Positions 25,384 to 36,307 of a DNA stretch of 64,000 nucleotides are shown here, one piece after another. Positions within the stretch are counted from its first letter, which is position 1; every line of letters begins with the position of its first letter. The position numbers and the translations under genes were made by a program. The stretch lies in the NCBI GenBank assembly GCA_026770705.1, contig JANJGN010000021.1, positions 48,608,001 through 48,672,000 on the forward strand, in the 5' to 3' direction. Under the pieces are notes generated by a model. It did no database searches, was not told where the DNA came from, and worked only from the letters and a program-made list of their open reading frames with translations. The stretch comes from Isurus oxyrinchus. Lineage: Eukaryota.

Positions 25384-28300
25384 CAGCAATTCAGATGCTC
25401 TTTACCAAGATTTTCTCCATGGATGAAGTGACAGGTCAGAGAATGAACTTAAAAATTACTCAACAACCAGCAAAGCAGTGAAGGCTGGGATAATTAGTTT
25501 GACTGTGATGAAATGATTTGTTCTAAAGCATTTCGGCCAAAAGCCAAATAACCGAACAGCTCTTTGTTCTCATTAAACTGTAGCTGATGTTTGGAGACTG
25601 GGGCTCTGTACATTTACGCCTGGACACATGCACAAAGCTCCCCTTTGCCTGGTGCAAGATGAGAAGCATACCTTCACCAAATTCACTGGCATGGTCTCAC
25701 AGTTCTCATACTTTGTGCTAGTTGCAACTCGTGTGGGGCTTTAGTCACCAGTAGTAGTCCTGAATAACCTTGGAAGTTGTAAACATATTTAGCAGGATGC
25801 GGGGGCAATGGGGGTGATGGTGTTGACACCGATTTCCTGTTACACAAAGTTTAACAATAGCTCTAGCTGTTGGAAGTCGATAAGTAGACTTTAATTAACT
25901 AATAAGAGCTCTAATGATACTGATTTGAAAGCACTGCAAGTGGGCATATAACTCCAAGTCTTCTGTTTGCACCACCTCAAATGGTAGTTGTGCCTTATAA
26001 TTGCACCAGTAGTGATCGAACAACTTGTCTTGCCAAATCATTTAAAGTCATTTCCATGAGAGATTTCAGAAATCCATTACATTATTATTCGATATCTTGA
26101 ATGTTGTTTTGTAACATAAAAATGTTATGATCTCTGTCTAATTCAATGCTGCTCATTGTATTTCACAGCACAAAGTGAATTTGAAATAGGTTTAAATGAC
26201 AACCTGTCCCACCTGGGAAGAAAAGTGGCATTTGGGAGATCACTGTATCTGAAAATCATTTCGAGCAACACTAAAACAATTTATAGGTATCTAGAAATAA
26301 ATTACACACATCTCGAAATGTCATTTCTTCTTACCAGCTCAGACAAGTTGCCATTTCCAGATGTCTCTGATTCATTTAGAGAGATCTTGATATGAGTTAC
26401 AGATGGTGCTTAATTTAGACATCTGAAAGCTACAATCTGCCTAACCTTCAGTTACAAGTATAATTGTTGTGATATATGAGATCATTATGAAACATCTAGC
26501 ACTGAATTCAGTGTCAGCTTGATGACATCTTTAGTTGCCTCTGCTTAATTTTAAGCTATCCTAAATATATTTGAGATACATGGAAATAAAATACAGTCCT
26601 CATGCATCAGACTTATATAAGGTGGTCTATGTTACATATACAATATAATGTGTGGACATATCAGAAAGTAATGGATTTGACAGTTTTAAATTCATTCAAG
26701 TATTTTATAACAATGCAGTATGTTATAATATGATAGCATTTCTTTGTATTTCTCTTAACTTTGTTTAGTTGGCAATATATTCGCCATTGAATCAGAAACC
26801 CATGGATTCTCTCACTGAGACTCAGTGTGTTATCTGCTTTGGTTGGTTCAGTTGGATGTTGAGATCTCATAACACTATTCATGGAAGAGCAGGACTTATT
26901 CCTTGTGAACTGGCAAACACTGCCCTTTAGCCAATATTACCACAAGGAAACTTACTGGACATGCATTGTGGGATCATGCTATGTATAATTGGCAGTTCAT
27001 CTTCACAATGTAAGTCTATGGATGTAAAGTGCTTTGGGTTATTCTGAGAGACATGCCGAGAAGCTACTTAAATGCAAGTCTGTTTTTTTGCAATAACCCT
27101 GTTACAGAAATAACACACTCCCGTATACCTGGGAATAGATATTGCTAGATATAGAAATGGTAAGGCTCACTGTTATTTGCAAGGGATAAATGTGTGGCTA
27201 TATGCAAATATCCAATAGTTACTGTCCAAATTATTACACCCTGCTGTGAGCTTTGTAAAAAAGCATTGTGCCTGCCTCACCTTGGCTCACCACCAGATTC
27301 TCAAGGGCAATTAGGGACGGACAATAAATGCTGGCCTTGCCAGCAACACTGATATCCCTTGAATGAATAGAAAAAAATCATGAAGTAGCTGTATTTGTAT
27401 GGTAGATATGAACCAAACCCACCATAGTTTTTTTAGGGCTAGTATTTCCAAGCATAAGTACCTTTTTAACAATTTGATAATTGTCAATTAATGTCAAGCA
27501 GCCTCCTGTACTAAAAATTAACTGTTACAAGTGCAAAGTCTCACTCCTTTAGGTTGTGAATTGTTTTAGGAAATTTAAAAATGATAAGTGTAAATTTTTT
27601 ACATTTTTATATCGCTTTTCCTTTCTCACTCTTTTATTTTTATCTGATAATCTAATCTCTCTTTCCCTCACTTTATGGGGAGTTTTCCCAGGCAAGGAGA
27701 AATGGGGGTTTTGGTGCACGTGGGAAGGTAAATTCCATAAAAGTGATATTGGGTCAGGATCCTGACGTCAGCTCACTTCCACGTTTCACCTAGATGGTTT
27801 TAAGGTGAGCCGGAAAACCCCTTTCAGCTGTTGGGAAAGTAATTAGATTATGTAAACAGGCAATTAAGTGTCCCTTTAACCTTGCATTCTGGCTTTAACG
27901 GCCAGTGGACCTCTATTTCCAGAGCTGTCAGCAACTTGTCAGGGTCACCAAGGTGAGTGCACAATGGGAAGTGACAATAAAAGTGACAGGCTGGGAAGCC
28001 TTTGATAGTTACACTGAAGAGCTGCAGCCATAGCCAGACGAATGGCTGCTGCTTATAGCACATCTCCTCAGGAATACTTTCATTGTTCAGCAGGTGATTG
28101 TCAATTTCTTCGAAGTCACTTCATGTGTAATAGACTTTACTGACCTTCAGCTACACTTCCCTGCTGTCAGCCTTCAACATTGCATTGGAACAGTTTATGC
28201 AGCTCTACCTTGCACCTCTGGTGAAGAACTAGAGGAGAACCAATACCAACAGCACGGTTATATTCTTCTATTTGACATTAACATATCACCCATACAACAA

Positions 28301-28627
28301 AGGTTGGTAAAATAATAATGTGGGTCCTTCATTCAAAGAGAAGTCTATCTTTCATACATATAAGTGTCAACTAGGTATATGTACATGCCTCACTTCTATA
28401 TGTGCTTCTGTATTCTGAGTAGAGGGTCATGGGACACACTACATCACATCCTGCCTTGGTGGTAGTGATTGGCAGCAGCTTAAGATACACCCCTTAAAGG
28501 TAAATGTACATCATATCAAAGCATCTCTTTCTTTTCTAAACTAGAAGTTCACTCTTAGAGAATCTAACTGTTTACATGAAAGGAGCAGAAAATACCATTG
28601 GGTCAAATTTTCCCTTCTGGAGATTAA

Positions 28628-31600
28628 GGGCAGAATTTTCCCTGGCTGTTGGCGTCAGGCGTCATGGAGGGTGTGAGTGGACAATATGGCAGGAAGGCCA
28701 AAAATTGGTTTCGAGCTGTCACAAAACCAGTTTGCAATCGTCCGCTCCGTCCAACAATGGTGGGCCACCTTTCCAGCCGCCGGACGTCGGGAACTTCACT
28801 TCAATACATCTGCATATCATTATATGCCCAACTCGCCGGGATCATCCCCCCCACCCCCACATCAAATATACCACCAACATTGAGAGGAAAACACACCAGT
28901 GCAGAACATGTCTTGACAAAAGTGTGATGGGCAGGAGTCAGGACATACCGCCTTGCTGACATCATGGACAGCCGAGCAGCAGGAGATGCTGGAGCCCTAC
29001 AGCCACCAGACCCTGGAGGAACACATGCATCACATGCTGGGTGGATTTATATGGACATGGCTCCGCCATGAAGCAGCTCATAGAAAGTAGAAAGGTAGTG
29101 TCATGGCCATGGTCTGCTACAGGTAATATTTGAGGGGGTGGAGAGGAAGGTCCTTCTGTGAGTGGGAGAAGGAGGTGACTGGGGGTGGGGGGAGTAAGGT
29201 TGGAAGGGGAGAATGATGATGTTGGGGGGCTATGAGGTGGGGGGAAACGATGGTATCGAAGGGGTGATGTTGGGAGGGGGAACGATGGTGTCGGGGGTAG
29301 TGAGGTTGGGAGTCGGGGGGAGGGACTATGGGGGAGGAAGGTGTCACGGGGGTAAATGCAGCAACTGGGGAGGTAGGTGTAAGGGAGAGGAAGGAGTAAG
29401 GGGAGGCTGATGTCCAGGTGAACATGCAAGTGAAAGATCTGCAGCATCAATGACTGCCTCCTGGGAGAAAAAGTATGGTGGGCATGGTAGGAGGCAAAAG
29501 TGAGAATGAGGGCAGAAAGAGCTGGTAGGGTGGGAGTGTGAGAGCCTGGCAGTAGCGGTAGAAAAGATAATGAGGGATGGTTGGTTGGGACTTGGAGCCA
29601 GGCACGGACCCTGAGGGTGAGAAGGAGGTCAGGGAGGTCAATGCGGATGGGGGTAGGATTCTCAGGAAGGCAGAGATTGTGCACATTCAAAACAAAAACA
29701 GAATTACCTGGAAAAACTGAGCAGGTCTGGCAGCATCGGTGGAGAAGAAAAGAGCTGACGTTTCGAGTCCCCATGACCCTCCAGCAGAACTGAGTGAATC
29801 TTAAGAAAGGAGTGAAATATAAGCTGGTTTAAGGTGGGTCGGGGAGAGAGAAGTGGGGGGGTGGTGGTGGTGTGGTTGTAGGGACAAGCAAGCAGTGATA
29901 GGAGCAGATAATCAAAAGATGTCACAGACAAAAGAATAAAAGAACACAGAGGCGTTGAAGATGGTGATATTATCTAAAAGAATGTGCTAATTAAGAATGG
30001 ATGGTAGGGCACTCATGGTACATCTCTAGTGGGGGTGGGGTGGAAAGGCTAGCAGGGCATAAAAGATTTAAAAATAATGAAAAAGGTGGGAAAAGAAAAA
30101 TCTATATAAATTATTGGAAAAGACAAAAGGAAGGGGGAAGAAACAGAAGGGGGTGGGGATGGAGGAGGGAGTTCAAGATCTAAAGTTGTTGAATTCAATA
30201 TTCAGTCTAGAAGGCTGTAAAGTGTCTAGTCAGAAGATGAGGTGCTGTTCCTCCAGTTTGCGTTGGGCTTCACTGGAACAATGCAGCAAGCCAAGGACAG
30301 ACATGTGGGCAAGAGAGCAGGGTGGAGTGTTAAAATGGCAAGCGACAGGGAGGTCTGGGTCATTCTTGCGGACAGACTGCAGGTGTTCTGCAAAGCGGTA
30401 GCCCAGTTTACGTTTGCATTCGTTGCTCCCAATGCGGTCTCCTCTACATTGGAGAGACCAAACGTAAACTGGGCTACTGCTTTGCAGAACACCTGCGGTC
30501 TGTCCGCATTGAAGTGGATGTTTAGCCATGATTGTACCGAATGGCAGAGCAGGGCTGAATGGCCTTCTCCTGCTCTCATGTTCCTAAGAGTCCTTACTCC
30601 GGCAGTGACAGTGATACATCCATGGTTTTGCCAATGCTTGCTGTTGCAGTGGTGTATGTTAGCCAGCATCTTGACCTTCTAGAGGCCCTGCTGTCTCTTG
30701 CTGCACAGGTCCTTGCTTCTCCTGGCCCTGTGCAAGCCTGTGATTGGCCCTCCTCCTTATCCAGATGAGAGCCATTATCAAGACAAGGTTGCCTCCATTA
30801 TTGATGCCTCAATGGATGTGTGAACTAATTGAAGTAATGCCTTTAGTGAGTATGTCCTTTACAATTTTCCTTCTATTTCAAAGCCAACGGGCCCGTGCTA
30901 AGCCTTTTACCTGGCATACACCCGGGCACATCATCCCCACCCCAAGCCTTCCAGGTAAAGGACATCCTAGGGACTGGAGATGGGTGTTCCTTCCATTCAT
31001 GCGATTGCGTATGGAGACATTTTTCTATGACCAAGGTGATGAGAACCATGTGCAAGAAGCCTGCCTCTGACACTGTTCCGCTTGTCTCCACCACTCTCGA
31101 GACTCTATAGGGAGACCATTGCCTTAGCAGCATAGAAAGACAAACTGCATAAGCACTTGTCAACCATGACCATTTACCCAGGATTATGGAGGTTTGGAGT
31201 TGCGAGATGGGTGCCATCCACCAATCATGCCCCTTGGAGTCATCCACCTCCCTCCCTCCCTTCATCCCTGCCTCTGACAGCAGCAGATGGCAAATGACGC
31301 AGAATGAATAACAGCTTCAGATCTTGCTGGGATCTCGATGTTATGAGACCCATGAGTCAGGAACAAACCTGCTGCAATGCGGGCTACAGCATAGAGATGA
31401 GAACACAAGTGAGCATGTTTGATATCCAGTCGCCTCATATTACTCAGGTATCCCTTTAGTCAGCCATGTGTGCTGACCCTGAACTTCAGCCACCTGAAAA
31501 GGCCCTCCTCCCACTTGGATGGATCTCACTGACTGACTAACTGCGTACACAAGGATAGTTTGGAAAAATGGTGCATATCACCTTTAAAATTTACTCCAAC

Positions 31601-32530
31601 CCCTTCTACCCTCTCCATGTCACCCACCAACTTCCCCCCCACCATTCCCTTTGACTCGCCCAATATCACCATTCCTCTCCCCTCTGTCACCCTTGAACCT
31701 CCCCCCTGTTACCTTGGACACTATCACAATCCACCTCCACATGCCTTCCCTTTTTTCAGACCTGACACCCATTATCATCCCCATGCCCACCCTAACCCTG
31801 CCCCCTCCCATTATCTGATCCACCTGTCTAGTCCCCCTCTGTGGCCCCTCCCCCCACCCAATGAGACCTTCACCTGCGAGGGTCTCACCCTGGACCTGCC
31901 AGCCTACCCCTCTGACTGTGACTGTTGCTTCCCATCACCCTAAGTTCACCCCACAGGACCCCAGCGTTGACACCACTGACCCTGTCCTCTAAGACACTCC
32001 ATGCTTCTCCGGACACTCTCCCCTTCCCCAGTAAGCCTGCCTCCCCTCTCCTGCTTTCACTTCACCCTTCCACCCTATTCCCTGCCCATCTTCCAGCCTT
32101 TGCCTGCCTCCCGTGTCCACCCTTGGTGTGCCATTTGTTACCGGCACTTTAGTGAAGTTACGTAAGGTCCCAAAGGAGGTGAAAGAAACATCCACTGACC
32201 TCAAAGTCGTGGAAGAGGTGAAGCTCACCTGGTACACACCACTTATATAGTTATAAAACTGAACGTTCTAAATTCTCACAGGCAGGGAACTTAATTTGGA
32301 TGACAAACTCTTTCCAGCCTTTTAGTTAGTGTGCAGGAGATGCCAATGAATGCAAATGTAATTCCTGACATTGTTGCCAGGAAACTCGACCCACCTCTAA
32401 ACTGCCTTGAAAGTCGGGAGAAGATCATTTGCAGTTTATCTCGCCATTTGGAAACAGGTTTTTTGACTCCTGCCAAATTACGTGCCCCCTCCATGTTTCC
32501 CACTGCTGATGGGAGCGGTAAACTCTGCCC
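28628..32530. mobile_element. non-autonomous PIF/Harbinger element inserted in the LTR element
   Basis: Termini TAA|gggcagaattttcc and taaactctgccc with extended subterminal similarity. The left ~450 bp is homologous (inverted) to 38700-39175. Confidence 0.7.
29688..30508 (-). mobile_element. Penelope-like element 3' part with a 5' inversion
   Basis: KRKLGYRFAEHLQSVRKNDPDLPVACHFNTPP...QRKLEEQHLIF. An inverted piece at 30415-30508 encodes CIRCSQCGLLYIGETKRKL. Hammerhead motif at 29753-29791. Confidence 0.9.
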
Positions 32531-33373
32531 ATTGTGTCTATCCCTGTAGGAACATATCAGCAGTACGCTTATCCTTCCAGATTCAGTTATGGTGATCTTG
32601 ATTGGAGGCTGCTGTATGTTTTCAGAAAGCTGCTTAAGGTTGCTTTGTTTGTTTTGTGTCTGAGACCGTGTTCTATTCGCAATAGAATTACTTGGTGTTT
32701 CGGGCTGTGATATTGTTTTGGTTTGGTGAGGGTTTTGCCATATTGTCATGCCATTAGGTGTTCTTACTTGATATGATCTTGGTTTTTGGCATATGCTGGA
32801 TTCCAGGTGCCATCAGTTGGGTGTTGGACTCGGACTTGCTGTCTAACGTTCAGGTTGGGGAATTCGTTACCTGCATGCCAGTCATGGGCATCTTTCATCT
32901 TGTCCTGTTTTTCAATGAATGTATCTTGTACTCTTGGGAGTATTGATGATGACTAGGGAGGTTTGTCTCCACTTGTCTGCTGAATAATAATTCTGCATTG
33001 GATCCGCAGTATGAAATTTGCAAGTTCGGAATGTGTATTTGGTATTTAGTTCCAACTTTGCTGTGTAGTCTGTCAGCTGATGGTCTGTGTTGCAGAGTTA
33101 GGTGGTCTCCTCCCACTGTAAGCATGGGATTTCCAATGGTGCTTCTAGTGGTCTTTGGTCTCCGTCTCTGTCTTCAATGAATGGTGACCAAGGATGGTAC
33201 CATGGATAGTGACCAAGGACTGGTTCCTGCATGCCAATAGGCCTGTGATCATTGGATCTGTGGTGTCCACAATATAAAACCTCTGGGTTGACCAGGGTGA
33301 TTTGTTGTAGCAACACTTGAGTGTAATGGATCACAGGGATGGAATCTCCGAACCATTGGTGAGTTTGGCAGTG

Positions 33374-33602
33374 TGAAATAAAAACAGAGAATGCTGGAAA
33401 AACTCAGCAGATCTGGCAACATCTGTGGAGGGAGAAACAGAGCAAATGTTTCAAGTCCGTATGACTCTGAAGAAAGGGTTAACTTAAAAACGTTAACTCT
33501 GCTTCTCTCTCCAAAGATGCTGCCAGACCTGCTGAGTTTTTCCACCATTCTCCTGTTTTTATTTCAGATTTCCAGCATCCGCAGTATTTTGCTTTTATCT
33601 TA
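33374..33602. mobile_element. inverted dimer of the Penelope 3' end inside the Gypsy protease region
   Basis: Two opposite-orientation tails joined at the hammerhead motif; 15-bp TSD gt(g/a)agtttggcagtg (33359-33373 and 33603-33617). Confidence 0.85.
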
Positions 33603-34829
33603 GTAAGTTTGGCAGTGGTTGGTCGAACCATCACTTGCCACTTCTGTGGGTACATACATTTTGATGTGTGAAAAGGAAAGATATTTGCATTTGCACGGGT
33701 ATCCAGTTTTGCATGCAATTTGTTCTGCCCCTGCATCTGTGGGCATATAATCTTGATGGTGGCAAAGGCTTCTGTTGGTAGCACTGTGCCAATACATTTT
33801 TTAATGTTCAGCTTGTGGAATATCTGCTCATTTTGTATATTGGTGGTCTGGTTATCTTCATCATCTGACTGTATAGCTTGGCTAGACATTTCAGTGACCT
33901 TACTTTGACGATATCGTTTATGTTTTCTTTGTTTTTTTGGACTGGTGTGGCTGTCTGACCTCTGGTTGTGGCTTCTTGTGATGGCTAACCAATTGTGTTG
34001 GCCATTGCTTCCTGCATTGGCGCTTCCAGTTTTGTCTGGTGCTGCATACATTGTTAACAGCTGGGCAACTTCTGGGTGCATATATGAGGCCACATTGCCC
34101 ACATTACTCACTAGGCTTGCCTGCATTAGCTATCATGCCAATGGTGGATGAATTATGCATAGCCTGTAGACTTTGTCTATCTTGTAGTATGGCTTTGTAC
34201 TTGCCTCCACTTTGTAGTAGCACTTCCATTCTGTAACCTTTGAGTTGGTTCAAGAGGTCTTTTTGGAATGCTTCCATTGAGATATGTGCTATTACAAGCT
34301 CGACTATTCATTTGGCTAGCTCTGGCACGTTAAAGTCATAATCACGCCCCTTCCTTTGCATCTACTTATGAATTGATCACAGAGTCTGTCGGTTGTTGCC
34401 TCAAGGACATGAATTCCAGGTGGTGTATCAAAAGTTGAGTTTCACTCGTACTTGATTTTCAGTGTTTCCCATATTTTATCTAGATTTTTAAGATCATTGT
34501 CCAACAGACCTGATGTGTTGTCTGTGGAGGCCTTCATTGCCTGAAGCAATTTTAATTTTTAAGGCTTGTGTGTCTGGTTTGGGAATATTGAGGCCCAGAA
34601 AACAGAGCTCTACACGTTGTTGGAACAAAGTAAACTCGAACAGGAGGTCTGCTGCCTTCCAACTGAGTGTTGGAAATTTTGTGGTCATTACTGTGGCTTT
34701 TTGCAGAGCTATTGGTAATAGCAATTACAAGAACACATATTCAGTTTGGCAGCTCTGCCGAACATTGTTCGGCTCTCTGTGTTGCAGTAAATTAAGTGAC
34801 CACAGACTTCGCTGGTCATAACTTGTTGC

Positions 34830-35110
34830 TGTTAGAGCTGTTACCACTTATGCCTTTATGGGATATCAGCAGGACACCACTAGAAGGGGCGTGTGTCATG
34901 TGATCCAGTCATAGTTTCACTTTTGCTTTGAGCAGAGCACACACACACACAGCTCTGATGTCTTCAAGCTTTATATCTATGCATAACTGTTCTCATGTGT
35001 CTAGTCTTAATAAATGAACCCACAACAGGTTTACCCAATCCCTAATGAGCGATTGGTGTCTGTGTGTTGTACGGTAAATAAGCCTAAGATATAATATCAT
35101 TACAATAACA
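34830..35110 (+). mobile_element. possible solo LTR
   Basis: tgtta...taaca ends and an internal AATAAA near 35010; no clear TSD. Confidence 0.3.
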
Positions 35111-36307
35111 TGACAGTTAGTGGATAGACTCTTCTTCCTGAGACCAGTGTCTAAAGTTTAATTGCCCCCCACCTCTCCGGCCTCGTGAAGGGATAGCAAA
35201 TAGCAGAAATGGATTCCTCTCTCTGTGGAGTTCTGCTTAAAGCTAGGCCTCCCAGAGTCAATAATTTAATCTTTGTTCCTGCACAAAGTTTGCAGCAGGT
35301 AGACTTGTACTAATTAAGCTCTCCCAAATTTGAACAATCTTACTGGGACCCGATTCCTGCCAACTGAAGCAAGGTGTGATGTCCCAGAATGAAGGTAATG
35401 TGCGTATGTTTCCTACAGTGCTGCAGAATCACTTCCACATGGTGAGTTAGTACTTGATGATTGTTTTAATTCCACACCAGTTCTTGTGCTGCATGTGAAA
35501 AAGTTGTGGTTTCTATACATCTCAGTAAAATCTTTAAAGGCCACACTGCCACCATGTTATATTCTGCTATTCAACGTAAACATACCAATCCTATGACAAG
35601 GATTTTTAAAACAATAATGGACATTCTTTATTGGAAGATAAGACATTATACATACAGTGTTAACTAGGAGGCTATGTATACATATCCGACTATCACATCT
35701 ACTGCTGTTTACTGAGTACAGAGTCATTGGACTATGACATCACATCCTGCTTCAGTGGTAGTGACTGACAGCAGTTTAAATGCATACCCTCAGAGATACA
35801 TATATATCATGCCACAACAGACACCACCAACAATAGGAGCAACACCAATATCAACAACAACTGCCTTCTCTACAAGGTTGAGGGGGTCGACACTGAGACC
35901 CAGCTCATAGGAGGAATACCCGCAACAGAGGATCTAAGGCAGAGGAAAAACTCTGTGTAAGCACCAGTGCCACAAGAGGCTCAAGTATTCATGGTAGGTC
36001 ACTGCTGACATCTACAATCTCTTGTAACAAGACCTCCTTCCTACTAGGTCAGGAGGGCATTCATTGCTATTTTCCATCATGGTGCATGTCACTGGAGGGC
36101 CACACCCTCAGTTCTCTGCCCAAGGAAGCGTGCCGTTGAGCCATGTTGGGGTTCCTTTAATTAGAAATCTTTCCTTTGACATGTCTGGTGCACCACCCCA
36201 CCCATCCACTCTGTCTGGGGAACGCAAAGGTGGGATGTTAATGCCGCGGCTCAGTTTAACTTTTTTGTTGTTTTGGCAGGGACCTTCATTTTAAAATTGC
36301 ACCCTTT

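Larger units (their letters stand above)
28256..35819 (-). mobile_element. Gypsy-type LTR retrotransposon, internally deleted
   Basis: Related LTRs at 28256-28523 and 35555-35819. PBS tggtggcagtg follows the 5' LTR and PPT agaaaagaaagaga (28524-28537) precedes the 3' LTR. Gag MTTKFPTLSWKAADLLFEF, protease KLDTRANANI and integrase tail AELLFSRQVETNLP...PRSYQV...TESGRIS. Imperfect TSD agcac/gacac. Confidence 0.85.
27676..36304 (+). mobile_element. PIF/Harbinger element split by an LTR insertion (own parts 27676-28255 and 35820-36304)
   Basis: The Gln-rich segment (EEELEENQYQQ) resumes after 35819 with HARBI-like RRNTRNRG..CHKRLK..DIYNLL*QDLLPTRSGGHSL. Both parts resemble 19326-20760. The left boundary is approximate. 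Confidence 0.6.

Noticed and set aside
28962-29774. 270-aa Pro-rich minus-strand ORF
   Set aside because: It arises from a G-rich low-complexity tract fused to a Penelope tail; no domain is recognisable.
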